This document shows positions 19,749 through 29,717 of a stretch of 64,000 nucleotides of DNA, piece after piece. The notes under the pieces are model-generated. The model ran no database searches. It was not told the origin of the DNA and worked only from the letters and a program-made list of their open reading frames with translations. The position numbers were made by a program, and so were the translations under genes. How positions within the stretch are numbered: the first letter of the stretch is position 1; the number at the start of each line of letters is the position of its first letter. The DNA is from a virus: IMG/VR virus record IMGVR_UViG_3300027708_000023. The stretch is one strand, 5' to 3'.

Positions 19749-19754
19749 GGTGTA
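19749..19754 (+). promoter_or_regulatory. Putative phage late promoter motif GGTGTA (representative copy)
   Basis: RGTGTA recurs 38-90 nt upstream of gene starts at 3401, 8193, 14272, 16507, 17325, 19749, 28132, 29136, 33096. Confidence 0.6.
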
Positions 19755-19803
19755 CTATAACTATATCTATCTAATTATCTGTTTTAAATAGGATAACAAC
19801 ACT

Positions 19804-20208
19804 ATGCCTGCAAGTAAATACGATTTTTCTATTGAGCAGGGAACATCCTTTAAACTAGCATTAATCTACAAAGATCCTAATAATATTCCTTTTAATATCA
19901 CTAATTGGTGCGCTAGACTCGTTTGGACAACAGACGATGGAGCTATGCAGATTTTTTCTACAGCAAATACAGACCATAGTATTTATAAGTTTGATATTAT
20001 CGGAGTTGATGGAAAATTATTGCTACAGATTCCGGCTAATACTACAAACGGATTCATTTTTAGCAAAGCAAAATACGATCTTGAATTAGAAAGTCCCCAA
20101 GATATGTATGTTGGAGGAGGAAAAGAGATTATCAGACTAATATTTGGAACAGTTAAAATTACTCATAGATTTAGTGAAAATGAAACTCTTTTGGATTGTC
20201 AAACATGA
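19804..20208 (+). CDS. Virion structural protein (BppU-N-like/adaptor)
   Basis: YDFSIEQGTSF...YDLEL...LIFGTV; paralog of the N-terminus of 29718. Confidence 0.65.
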   Translation: MPASKYDFSIEQGTSFKLALIYKDPNNIPFNITNWCARLVWTTDDGAMQIFSTANTDHSIYKFDIIGVDGKLLLQIPANTTNGFIFSKAKYDLELESPQDMYVGGGKEIIRLIFGTVKITHRFSENETLLDCQT

Positions 20209-20468
20209 ACGACTTTACTGTAATAGTTGAAAATACTCAACCCAATATTATTTCTATAGAAACTAGTTTTTTAGATACTGTTGGAGTAGTGGAAATAGAA
20301 AGATTCTCGTCTGCTGGTGTAAGTATACTAAGTAGATCAGCTATTATTGGAGTTGGTGATTTACCAGATATTCCTTTTAGTAAAATTATTGGAAATTTAG
20401 ACGTATCTAGGATCAGTGGACTAGACCATTATTTAGACCATTACAACTTCGACTGCGGTACCCCATAA
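20205..20468 (+). CDS. Small virion protein ending FDCGTP (probable start 20205)
   Basis: ATGA overlap with the upstream stop. Confidence 0.6.
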   Translation: MNDFTVIVENTQPNIISIETSFLDTVGVVEIERFSSAGVSILSRSAIIGVGDLPDIPFSKIIGNLDVSRISGLDHYLDHYNFDCGTP

Positions 20469-20502
20469 AAAAATTTTTTTAAAAATATCGGAGACTATTA
20501 AA

Positions 20503-23331
20503 ATGCCAGCTTTAACTACTATTCAGCTCAGAAGAGGATCATCAAGCCTATGGGCAGCTTCTAATAGCCCACTAGCTCAAGGAGAGCTTGGCTACGATAC
20601 AACAATTAAAAAATTTAAGATAGGCGATGGCACTAGTCTCTGGGGAAGTTTATCTTGGGCAAATATTACCGGAGCTGATTTTGTAGGAACTAGTGGTATA
20701 AATGTATCTTATGCTTCAACTTCAGGAACAATAACAGTATCAGTTACTGGATTAAGTTCTAGCTATCTTAGCGATTTTAATAGCGCAGTTAGCGGACTAC
20801 TTCCAGTAAAGAGCATTATTGCCGGAAATAATATTACTATAACTCCAACAGGAGATAAAGGTTTTGTTATTAGTTCGCCTGTTAATTCTGATACTGTTAA
20901 AGATCTAATTGGATCTACAATTACTGGAGTAAGTGGAATTAAAGCCAGCTACGACAATACTGGTAAGGTAGAAACAATCTCGGTTACTGGACTAACTAGT
21001 TCTTATATTGGAGATTTTAATACTAGTGTTAGTGGATTGGTAAGCGGAGTATATGCTCCACTAAATAGTCCAGCATTGACTGGAACTCCAACAGCTCCAA
21101 CTGCTGCTGCTGATACGAACACAACACAAATTGCTAGTACAGCATTTGTTATTGGACAAGCTTCTTCAAGCAATCCTTTAATGAACGGAACTGCTGCTGT
21201 CGGAACTTCCAAAAAATATTCGAGAGAAGATCACGTTCATCCAACAGATACAACAAGAGCAGCATTGGCTGGAGCAGCTTTTACAGGATCAGTTAGTATT
21301 CCAAGTGGAACTGGTAATTTTAATACTTTAACTGTTGGTAATACGGCAGTTAGTTTGAATGGACATACTCATACAAGCTCTAATATTACTGATTTTAACA
21401 CAGCAGTAAGTGGACTATTAGGCGTGAAGAGTCTAGTTCAAGGCTCTGGAATTGGTATTGTTAGTGTTTCTGGTAATCATACTGTTAGTGTGACTGGTAT
21501 TCCAACATCTTTAATTACTAACTTTGCTAGTGGCGTTAATGCTCTTATTGATAATGCTGTTAGCGCAAGTATTGTTGGTGGTAGCGGTGTTGATATCGTA
21601 TATAGTAGTGGAACTAATACTCTTACAATTAGTAGCTCTTTAACAGCTGGTAGTGGTATATCTTTAACACATAATAGCGGTAATTATGTTATTAGTTTAA
21701 GTGATCCTACTATTCAACTAGCAGAGATTACAGATCTTTCAGCTAACGCTAGAACCTTTTTACTAACACCAAGTAGTAACAATCTCTCAACTCTTGTTAG
21801 CGATGAAACTGGATCAGGCAATTTAGTATTTTCTAATAGTCCCACGCTTGTTTCTCCAAACATCGGAGTAGCAACAGGTACGTCTTTTAATAGTATCACC
21901 GGTCTAAGTAGCTCAACTCCGTTGATGGACAGTATCGCAGCAGTGGGTACTGCAACAACAGCAGCTCGTGCTGACCACGTTCATCCAACAGACACCAGTC
22001 GCGCTGCTGTAGCAGGAACCTTAGCTCAGTTTGCTTCGACAACATCTTCACAACTAGCTGGAGTTATTAGTGATGAAACAGGAACAGGATCATTAGTATT
22101 TGCAAATAATCCCACACTGAGTGGAGTGACCATTAATGGTAATCTTACTGTTGGTGGTAGTGGTTTAGTTGCTAGTAATATTAATGACTTCAATACTGCT
22201 GTAAGAACCAATCGTTTGGATCAAATGAGTGTTCCTACAAGTGACGTATCCTTCAATAGTGTTAAGATTACTAGTTTAGCAGATCCGGTTAGTGCTCAAG
22301 ATGCTGCCACAAAAGCATACGTAGATGCTGCCCGAATGGGTCTTGATGTTAAAGCAAGTGTTAGAGTTGCTACAACAGCCAATATAACACTATCTGGAAC
22401 CCAAACTGTTGACGGGGTTACCGTTATAGCTGGCGATAGAGTATTAGTAAAGAATCAGAATACTGGTAGTCAAAATGGTATCTATACGGTAGCTGCTGGT
22501 TCTTGGAGTAGAGCATCCGACGCTGATTCTGATGCTGAAGTTACTACTGGACTATTTACTTTCGTGTCTGAAGGTACTGTTAATGCTGATAGTGGGTGGG
22601 TATTGACAACAAACGACACCATCACTCTCGGCACAACCAGCCTAGCATTTGCTCAATTCTCCGGGGCAGGTCAGATAACCGCCGGTGCTGGTTTAACAAA
22701 GAATGGAAATACTATAGATGCTGTTGGTACAGCTGGTCGTATAGTTGTTAATGCTGATAATATTGATCTTGATACTGTAACGCTTGCTCGCGCTGTTAGC
22801 AGTCTCCCAGCCGGAGCGACCTCTGCTCAAGCAGTAGTTTCTAGTGTAACTACAGATTCTTATGGTCGAGTAACAGGAATTATTGACAGCTATATACTTA
22901 ACGCTTCAACACAGGATAAAGGTCTTGCTAGTTTTGATAGTGGAGATTTTAGTGTTTCTTCTGGCGTCGTAAGTATCAAAGCTAGTGGTGTCGATAATTC
23001 TCAATTAGCTAACAGCTCTGTAACTATTGGTTCAACATCAGTTAGTCTTGGAGGAAGCATCACTTCTGTATCAGGACTAAGTAGTGTTAGTAGCACGTCA
23101 TTTGTTGGTGATCTTAGTGGTACAGCTACTAATGCCAATAATATTGAAGTTGATCTTAGTAGTTCTAATACTAATAATTTAGTTTTTGTTAATGGTACAG
23201 ATGGTAATCTTAAACCAAGCGTCAATAATAATCTCCGATTTAATGCATCTGCCAATGAGCTTTTGGGTTCATCAAATACCACACCAGCAACAACATTGAA
23301 ATACTTTATTATAGATGGTGGAACACCATAA
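20503..23331 (+). CDS. Tail/head fibre protein (Mtd-N-like N-terminus)
   Basis: IQLRRG..W..N..LAQGELGYDT..FKIGDG; HTH/DHVH motifs; DAATKAYVD; VRVATTANITLSG...RVLVKNQ. Confidence 0.85.
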   Translation: MPALTTIQLRRGSSSLWAASNSPLAQGELGYDTTIKKFKIGDGTSLWGSLSWANITGADFVGTSGINVSYASTSGTITVSVTGLSSSYLSDFNSAVSGLLPVKSIIAGNNITITPTGDKGFVISSPVNSDTVKDLIGSTITGVSGIKASYDNTGKVETISVTGLTSSYIGDFNTSVSGLVSGVYAPLNSPALTGTPTAPTAAADTNTTQIASTAFVIGQASSSNPLMNGTAAVGTSKKYSREDHVHPTDTTRAALAGAAFTGSVSIPSGTGNFNTLTVGNTAVSLNGHTHTSSNITDFNTAVSGLLGVKSLVQGSGIGIVSVSGNHTVSVTGIPTSLITNFASGVNALIDNAVSASIVGGSGVDIVYSSGTNTLTISSSLTAGSGISLTHNSGNYVISLSDPTIQLAEITDLSANARTFLLTPSSNNLSTLVSDETGSGNLVFSNSPTLVSPNIGVATGTSFNSITGLSSSTPLMDSIAAVGTATTAARADHVHPTDTSRAAVAGTLAQFASTTSSQLAGVISDETGTGSLVFANNPTLSGVTINGNLTVGGSGLVASNINDFNTAVRTNRLDQMSVPTSDVSFNSVKITSLADPVSAQDAATKAYVDAARMGLDVKASVRVATTANITLSGTQTVDGVTVIAGDRVLVKNQNTGSQNGIYTVAAGSWSRASDADSDAEVTTGLFTFVSEGTVNADSGWVLTTNDTITLGTTSLAFAQFSGAGQITAGAGLTKNGNTIDAVGTAGRIVVNADNIDLDTVTLARAVSSLPAGATSAQAVVSSVTTDSYGRVTGIIDSYILNASTQDKGLASFDSGDFSVSSGVVSIKASGVDNSQLANSSVTIGSTSVSLGGSITSVSGLSSVSSTSFVGDLSGTATNANNIEVDLSSSNTNNLVFVNGTDGNLKPSVNNNLRFNASANELLGSSNTTPATTLKYFIIDGGTP

Positions 23332-23404
23332 TTAAGACTGTTTTTAAGTTTTATATTTTTTACACAACTAATAATCTAATCCTTTATGTTGGAATACATA
23401 TAAT

Positions 23405-25666
23405 ATGAAAAATGGTAAAATATTTATAGTTAATGGAAGAGCCAAAGTAAATCCTCCACAACCCCCGTCTCCTCCGCTGTCCTCCTTATCAGCCATGACA
23501 ATAGGAGGTTGGGGTGATCCTCATCTTTACATTACTACTAGTTCTACAGATTCTAAAAATAGAGTCAGCACTAAAACTATAGCTCAGTGGGGAGATAATA
23601 AACCAGGAACTGCAGGAAATAATGAATTGCAGTTATTAGATTTACAAACGTCAACAGATAGTATAAAAATTTATTATACTAATAAGGCTTATGGTAGTGC
23701 TAAAGTTATAAGTAATATTAGAGTGGTATACAACACTGTCTCTACAACGTATAACTCTACCACAAGACTAACTCTTGGTCCAGTAACTCTGAATATTCTA
23801 AAAGTTGGATCAGGAGCCTCTGCTTATTTGACTTTTGAGATGAGTTGGTCTAACATTAATAATATAGTTAAATTGGGTGGCGCTCTAGTTCCTATTCTTA
23901 AAAGAGTAGCTGATAATAATGGAGTTTTATGGAATGGTGGAGACGGAGCAACCTGGGATGGTTTTGGAAAAGCATTAGCTCCTTATGGTCTGAATAGAAG
24001 TAGTTTTGAGACAGGTATTGGGGTTCAAAGCTTATCAGAAGAACTAATATTATCAGAAAAAGAAGCCAACTTCCTATCGGTTGCAACAGAAAACTTTACC
24101 CAAAATGGTAGTATTTTTGATAATTTACAAAATCTTGGAGAAAATGGAGAGGGTAATAATGCTGCTATTGAGGATTGGGATCCTACTCATGCTGAGGTGT
24201 TACCTGTTTTATCTGATAATACTGGGCTAGTGGGCGCTGTTAATATAGAAATTGGTGACCCTACACCTACACCAACAGCCACACCAACAGCCACACCAAC
24301 AGCCACACCAACAGCCACACCAACAGCCACACCAACAGCCACACCAACAGCCACACCAACAGCCACACTAACACAAACCCCCACTACTACTCCAACAACT
24401 ACAATAACCAACACTCCTACTTCTAGCTCCATACCAGCTACTCCTACTCCAACAGTAACGAAAACCCCATCAGCTAGTCCAGTAGCAGCTAGTAGTGGTA
24501 TTATTGTTCAGTCTAGCGTATCTAGTACTCCAAGAGCATTAGTTGGTGGTGGAGTAACTTATAATCCAACATTCATTAATAGTGACTATAGACAATATTA
24601 TGGTCAAATAGTAGATCGTTGGAACTATACAATAAGTAATGGAAGATTACCTTATGATAATATTTGGAATAACTGTTATTTGTTTAATGGTGGTGGAACA
24701 TATTATTTTAATTTTATGATTCCAACAGTACTTACAAAGTATAGATTATGGAATCCATTTAAAGTCAATGTTCCATGTCCTGGAGAAGGAGGTTCTTGGA
24801 GTAGTCAAAATGGATACAATAAATATTTAGATTTTGGCAACCAAACTCCTCAATCATGGAAAATACAAGGAACTAATGATGATGTTAATTGGGTAGACAT
24901 TGATGTTAGAACAAGTCAAGCAAGATTACCATATGCAACTAGTAGCATAACAGCTGACAGTGCATATTCAGAATTTTCTGTAGGTTCACCAACTGCATAT
25001 AAGTCATATAAATTTATTGTTACTGGAACAGGAAGAGATGCGCACTCTTGCAATAAGAGTGGATGTTCTTATGACTGGGTATTAGGAGAGATACAATTAT
25101 GGGGATATGAAAGTCCGTCGTCTACAAGTGCTATTCACGGATACTATTCATGTTTACCGACAATAAAATACTTGAATGCGTCTCAAGGATTTGATACCTC
25201 TTCATTTAAGAAAGTATTTTTCCAATCTGGTGGTCTGGGAGGAGATAATAGAAATAAGTGGTCAGTATATCAACACGGAACGCCGAATAGAACTTGGTAT
25301 GATTATTATTGGGATATCCCATACAAAGCTATCGGAGCAACTGAGACAGGGTATTTTGGTTTTGATTATGGGGTAGTAATAAATTCTTATAGCATAAAAT
25401 CTATAACTAACCAAAACGGAGGTCTATACTCTATCTCTTCTTGGGAATTATATGGATCAAATAATTTTTCTTCTTGGAGCTTGTTGGATAGTAGATCTGG
25501 TGTTGGTTCAAATGACATATCAACAAATTATAGTTTTAATAATTCTACTAGTTACAAATATTACAAATTAATAGCTAAGGACAGTACCAGAAGTTGCAGT
25601 AAAAATGGATGCATTTGGGGAAATGTAAGAATTTCTGATATACAACTCAAAGGCTATATAACATAA
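23405..25666 (+). CDS. Adhesin-like virion protein: GDPH-containing N-domain, Thr/Pro linker, two F5/8-type-C-like domains
   Basis: WGDPH; (TPTA)8; PQSWKIQGTND..W..ID and SWELYGSNN..W..LD...YKYYKL. Confidence 0.75.
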   Translation: MKNGKIFIVNGRAKVNPPQPPSPPLSSLSAMTIGGWGDPHLYITTSSTDSKNRVSTKTIAQWGDNKPGTAGNNELQLLDLQTSTDSIKIYYTNKAYGSAKVISNIRVVYNTVSTTYNSTTRLTLGPVTLNILKVGSGASAYLTFEMSWSNINNIVKLGGALVPILKRVADNNGVLWNGGDGATWDGFGKALAPYGLNRSSFETGIGVQSLSEELILSEKEANFLSVATENFTQNGSIFDNLQNLGENGEGNNAAIEDWDPTHAEVLPVLSDNTGLVGAVNIEIGDPTPTPTATPTATPTATPTATPTATPTATPTATPTATLTQTPTTTPTTTITNTPTSSSIPATPTPTVTKTPSASPVAASSGIIVQSSVSSTPRALVGGGVTYNPTFINSDYRQYYGQIVDRWNYTISNGRLPYDNIWNNCYLFNGGGTYYFNFMIPTVLTKYRLWNPFKVNVPCPGEGGSWSSQNGYNKYLDFGNQTPQSWKIQGTNDDVNWVDIDVRTSQARLPYATSSITADSAYSEFSVGSPTAYKSYKFIVTGTGRDAHSCNKSGCSYDWVLGEIQLWGYESPSSTSAIHGYYSCLPTIKYLNASQGFDTSSFKKVFFQSGGLGGDNRNKWSVYQHGTPNRTWYDYYWDIPYKAIGATETGYFGFDYGVVINSYSIKSITNQNGGLYSISSWELYGSNNFSSWSLLDSRSGVGSNDISTNYSFNNSTSYKYYKLIAKDSTRSCSKNGCIWGNVRISDIQLKGYIT
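24269..24364 (+). repeat. Perfect 12-bp tandem repeat ACACCAACAGCC x8 encoding TPTA
   Basis: Direct reading. Confidence 0.95.
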
Positions 25667-25676
25667 AGGATAAATT

Positions 25677-26996
25677 ATGCCAAGTGAAAGAATATTGATT
25701 GGAGGAGGAACGGGGTATGACAAAACCAACGTTGATGCCAAATATCAACCATACTACAATTTTAGGACCTATGATATTTATGAGATTGTAGGCTATGGTG
25801 GTGGAATAAATGCTGTATCTTCTTCTACCAACGGTCGAGTATATATTAGTAATCAATATACCATAGTAACCAATAGACTTTTTACTGGAGTTCTACCATA
25901 TGCTGATCCATATGATAAAAACTACTATTGTCAAACATTAAGTTTGCCCCCTGTAATACCTGGTTATCTTCCTGGATTATCCAATGCAAATGAAATATTT
26001 TTTACATTTGGACTTCCCATTACTTTGACAAAATACAGAATATGGAACGGTTTTGCAAACGGAACAAGTGGACAAACAAGTAGTAATATGGGACTAGATA
26101 CCCCAAGATCATGGGTATTATACGGAAGCAATGATTACATTAACTGGACGGCGATAGACTCAAGATCCAATCAGTCTCCATTGTCATATGCGACTAGTAA
26201 ACTTTGTAAAAATAGTCCTTATTCAGAATATTCAATAGCGTCTCCATCAGCTTATAAAACATATAAGCTATCAGTTACTACTGGAGCGTCTAATTCTGCT
26301 CTTGCCATAGATTGTAATAAAAGTGGTTGTACTTATTTTTATGGATGGCAAATAGGAGAATTGCAGTTGCTGGGATATGAAAGTCCAACGTCTTCTTGTA
26401 GTTTGCATGGATACGATACTCTACTCCCCGGAACAAACGGATCTATGAGCAAACTATTTGGATTAAAAAATGCCTGTAAAGAAGTTGGTATTAATGAAGG
26501 ATCTGTGTCAGATAGTAGTTATAGATATCTATCTACTCTTTGGGCATATAGGGGAGATTGGACTTATGAAAATATTTATTATTCTATACTTGGTCAAACT
26601 AGAACATTTAGAGCAAATTACTATAGTGGCAATTCAAATGCTGTTATAATTTCAGCATCTATTGATATGGGTCAAGCATTAACCATTACATCTTATAATA
26701 TGCTGGGAGGATATGTTGCGGATGGTTGGAGTGTAAAAACAGATGGTTCTCCTAAAAATTGGACACTCTATGGGTCAAATAATAACTCAACATGGACAAC
26801 TATTGACTCAAGGACAAATGCCAGTTTGACGTATACAGCTTATTCAAATTATAGCATAGGCTCTCCTTCGTCATATAGATATTACAAGCTAGAAGTTAAA
26901 GGAGGAGGAGGTTCACGAACTAGTAATTGTGACAAAGGAGGATGTTGGTATAATATAGCACTAAATGACCTTCAACTTGTAGGAATCATATCATGA
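25677..26996 (+). CDS. Virion protein with two F5/8-type-C (discoidin)-like domains
   Basis: PRSWVLYGSND..WTAID, PKNWTLYGSNN..WTTID..YRYYKL; paralogous to the C-terminus of 23405. Confidence 0.75.
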   Translation: MPSERILIGGGTGYDKTNVDAKYQPYYNFRTYDIYEIVGYGGGINAVSSSTNGRVYISNQYTIVTNRLFTGVLPYADPYDKNYYCQTLSLPPVIPGYLPGLSNANEIFFTFGLPITLTKYRIWNGFANGTSGQTSSNMGLDTPRSWVLYGSNDYINWTAIDSRSNQSPLSYATSKLCKNSPYSEYSIASPSAYKTYKLSVTTGASNSALAIDCNKSGCTYFYGWQIGELQLLGYESPTSSCSLHGYDTLLPGTNGSMSKLFGLKNACKEVGINEGSVSDSSYRYLSTLWAYRGDWTYENIYYSILGQTRTFRANYYSGNSNAVIISASIDMGQALTITSYNMLGGYVADGWSVKTDGSPKNWTLYGSNNNSTWTTIDSRTNASLTYTAYSNYSIGSPSSYRYYKLEVKGGGGSRTSNCDKGGCWYNIALNDLQLVGIIS

Positions 26997-27526
26997 AAGG
27001 TGTCTGTGCTTTATTCAATGGGAAGGCTCTTGCTCTTGTTACAAGAAGCGGAAGTCATGCATTAATGAATTTGATGCTTCCAAAAGATCATATAAAAACT
27101 CAACCAGAACCTTTTAAAAATGAAAAATGGCACCCTATAATGAATCTTACCGGCCATGATCTAAAATTAGGTTTGCCAGAATGCGAAGTTTATTGCATGG
27201 TTCGAGATCCGATTGAAAGATTTAAAAGTGCTTGTGCAAGAAGGAATAAGACGGTGGAAGAAGGATTGTTAGAAGACGAGGTTCACTTTTGGAGCATAGA
27301 AAGTATGGGACTTATAAATGATAGTATTAAATACTTCTTATTTCCAGAACAAATAGATGAATGTGCAGATTGGCTAGGATTACCAACTCCAGTACCAAGA
27401 GTAAACGAAGAAAAAGATGAGAAAAAGCCAGTTTTAACTGAAGAACAGCTTGAATTAGTAACCAAACAGTATTATAATGATAATGAACTATACCAAAGAT
27501 TAAAGGAGAATTACTATGGCAAATAA
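26993..27526 (+). CDS. Sulfotransferase-family-like protein
   Basis: TRSGSHAL (5'-PSB-like) and MVRDPIERFKSA (3'-PB-like). Confidence 0.6.
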   Translation: MKGVCALFNGKALALVTRSGSHALMNLMLPKDHIKTQPEPFKNEKWHPIMNLTGHDLKLGLPECEVYCMVRDPIERFKSACARRNKTVEEGLLEDEVHFWSIESMGLINDSIKYFLFPEQIDECADWLGLPTPVPRVNEEKDEKKPVLTEEQLELVTKQYYNDNELYQRLKENYYGK

Positions 27527-28094
27527 TTTTGATGGTCAGGTGTTGTTAGTTCCTAATTTTATAACAGCAGAAGAAATTCAAGCTCTTAAAGATTGGGCTA
27601 ATCAAGCTGTAATTGATGGACAGTTTGTTGATGGGATTACTGGGGATTGGGATAAAAAAGAATTTAGTACAACAAAACTGAGACTCACAAATCGCATGAG
27701 TCCAAAGATTGATTACCCAGACTTGGTCAAGACTTTGCAAGACCGAATTCGTCAAACAATTCCGCTAACAGCACAAGCTCCGGTTATTGAGAATCATGGT
27801 AAAGACGGAGTTGTTGTGAGTGTAACCTATAACGACGGTGATGTTTACAAGCATAAAGATCCTAGTGTTGGCGAAGGAGTAGTTGGATTAAGATGTAATA
27901 TTCTTGCTAGCAAAGCACAGAGCGGCGGTACTGTTCATGTTGAAGATAAAGCCTATGATTTAAATGAAGGCGATATGATGTGCTATTTAGTAACAGAACT
28001 TTATCATAGTGTTGATGTTTGTCATGGAGATAATCCACGAACACTATTTATGTTTGGATTTGTTGTTGATAAAGACACCTGGGTAAACCAGTAA
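27516..28094 (+). CDS. 2OG-Fe(II) oxygenase (prolyl-hydroxylase-like)
   Basis: Y..GD...HKD...GG...HSV...R motif. Confidence 0.75.
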   Translation: MANNFDGQVLLVPNFITAEEIQALKDWANQAVIDGQFVDGITGDWDKKEFSTTKLRLTNRMSPKIDYPDLVKTLQDRIRQTIPLTAQAPVIENHGKDGVVVSVTYNDGDVYKHKDPSVGEGVVGLRCNILASKAQSGGTVHVEDKAYDLNEGDMMCYLVTELYHSVDVCHGDNPRTLFMFGFVVDKDTWVNQ

Positions 28095-28174
28095 ACTTTA
28101 AAAATTGACAACTTTCTTTAAATAGGTAATAGGTGTATTATAACTAATATACCTGTCTTATAGGACTTTATTAA

Positions 28175-29014
28175 ATGGCCGTAAATGATCTTATACAAAT
28201 ACGCAAAGGAACTTCTGCTGCATGGACTTTGGCCAATCCAGTATTAGCTAGTGGTGAGCCGGGATATGATCTGACCGATAAGATTTTTAAAATTGGTGAT
28301 GGAGTATCAAATTGGGCTAGTTTAGGTAGTATTAATTTAAGCTCATCAAATATTACTGATTTTAATAGTGCTATTAGTGGTGTTTTACCAGTAAAGAGCA
28401 TATCCGCCGGAAATAATATCACTATAAGTTCTGTCAATGGGGCCTATACTATTAATTCAAGCAACGGAGGAGCTTCAGCAAGCTTTGCATGGTCTACTGT
28501 TCCCAGTTCACCAACAGCATCCGGAGTTGCTGGTAACGTTGCTTATGATAGCGATTATTTCTATGTTGCTACAGACAACAATACTTGGAAAAGATCAGCC
28601 CTATCAACTTGGATAGTCTCATCCCCTACTCCAACAGTAACTATAACACCAACAATAACACCAACAATAACAGTTACGCCCACCGTAACCCCAACCCCAA
28701 CACCCACATCGGTATTTGATACGACTCTAACAATAGCTTCCGGAACCAATTCTTCTTCTGGTAATGGAGTCACACTTTCTGGAACTTCTGGATCTAAGAT
28801 AAGATTTAATCAAATCCTTCCTATTAATAATCCATTATCGTTTATAGACATCAGAATATATATAGCAGGAGTTTATAGCTATAGGATCACAACATACTCA
28901 GAAGTAGTAACCGCAAATAAAACATTCACATTAGCAACTAATACTGGAACAACATATGTCTCTTCTTTTGGAGCAGGAACAGACCTTGGCTCTTATAGAA
29001 GAATTAATTTTTAA
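28175..29014 (+). CDS. Short fibre protein with Mtd-N-like N-terminus and Thr/Pro linker
   Basis: IQIRKGT..W..ANPVLASGEPGYD..FKIGDG; shares NSAxSGxLPVKSI with 20503. Confidence 0.75.
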   Translation: MAVNDLIQIRKGTSAAWTLANPVLASGEPGYDLTDKIFKIGDGVSNWASLGSINLSSSNITDFNSAISGVLPVKSISAGNNITISSVNGAYTINSSNGGASASFAWSTVPSSPTASGVAGNVAYDSDYFYVATDNNTWKRSALSTWIVSSPTPTVTITPTITPTITVTPTVTPTPTPTSVFDTTLTIASGTNSSSGNGVTLSGTSGSKIRFNQILPINNPLSFIDIRIYIAGVYSYRITTYSEVVTANKTFTLATNTGTTYVSSFGAGTDLGSYRRINF

Positions 29015-29181
29015 TGAACAATAAACATTTAGCTATTGCACCCAATTCTGAGGAATATATTTTAGATGAGACTATTGGATTATAAGTTATTCCAATTTAG
29101 CCACTTAATTTAAAACATTACACCAATCAACATAAGGTGTATTAAAGACTAGACATTCTATCCTTATAAAAGGGTCAAAAA

Positions 29182-29703
29182 ATGAGCTGGAAAAATGAAA
29201 TACCCATTATTGTTAGAGTTTGGATAAACGATCTATCTGAAACCCCAACATATAGTGATGATAGATTAGAACAACTAATTGCTGTAGCAGCTCAGTATGT
29301 TAAAAGAGAGATTAATTTTTCCAATACCTATACGATAGATACGGTCAAGTTAACCATCACTCCTGACCCAACCCAATTAGAATCCCCAGATCAAGATTTT
29401 ATAGGATTTGTGGCCCTAAAAGCCGCCTGCTTATTAGATCAAAGTACTTTCAGAACCAAAGCTGCTTCAGAGGGCATCAGAGCTGCTCTAGGACCTGCTA
29501 GTTTAAGTGTGGGGGGAAATCTTAAAGGATATCAAACCATATTGGAGATGGGCCCCTGTGCAATGTATCAAGATCTTAGACTACAATATGAGATTGGTAA
29601 TGCTAATGGTATCAAGTCTATTCTTTCTCCATTCGTTGGTAATAAATTTGACCCAAGTGCTATTCGATATAGTTCTGATAGATCACGAGATTTTTACTCT
29701 TAA
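29182..29703 (+). CDS. Head-tail adaptor (neck) protein
   Basis: VRVWIND...YSDDRLEQLI; position. Confidence 0.6.
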   Translation: MSWKNEIPIIVRVWINDLSETPTYSDDRLEQLIAVAAQYVKREINFSNTYTIDTVKLTITPDPTQLESPDQDFIGFVALKAACLLDQSTFRTKAASEGIRAALGPASLSVGGNLKGYQTILEMGPCAMYQDLRLQYEIGNANGIKSILSPFVGNKFDPSAIRYSSDRSRDFYS

Positions 29704-29717
29704 AGGAACCATAGACA

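Noticed and set aside
24269-24364. Tandem repeats (also 57287-57350, 58066-58128, 63845-63976) as a CRISPR array
   Set aside because: No spacers; all are in-frame coding repeats (TPTA, HGAEHGGG, APAG, SG).
20503-29014. Diversity-generating retroelement suggested by Mtd-N-like domains
   Set aside because: No reverse transcriptase and no TR/VR pair differing at adenines seen in the window.
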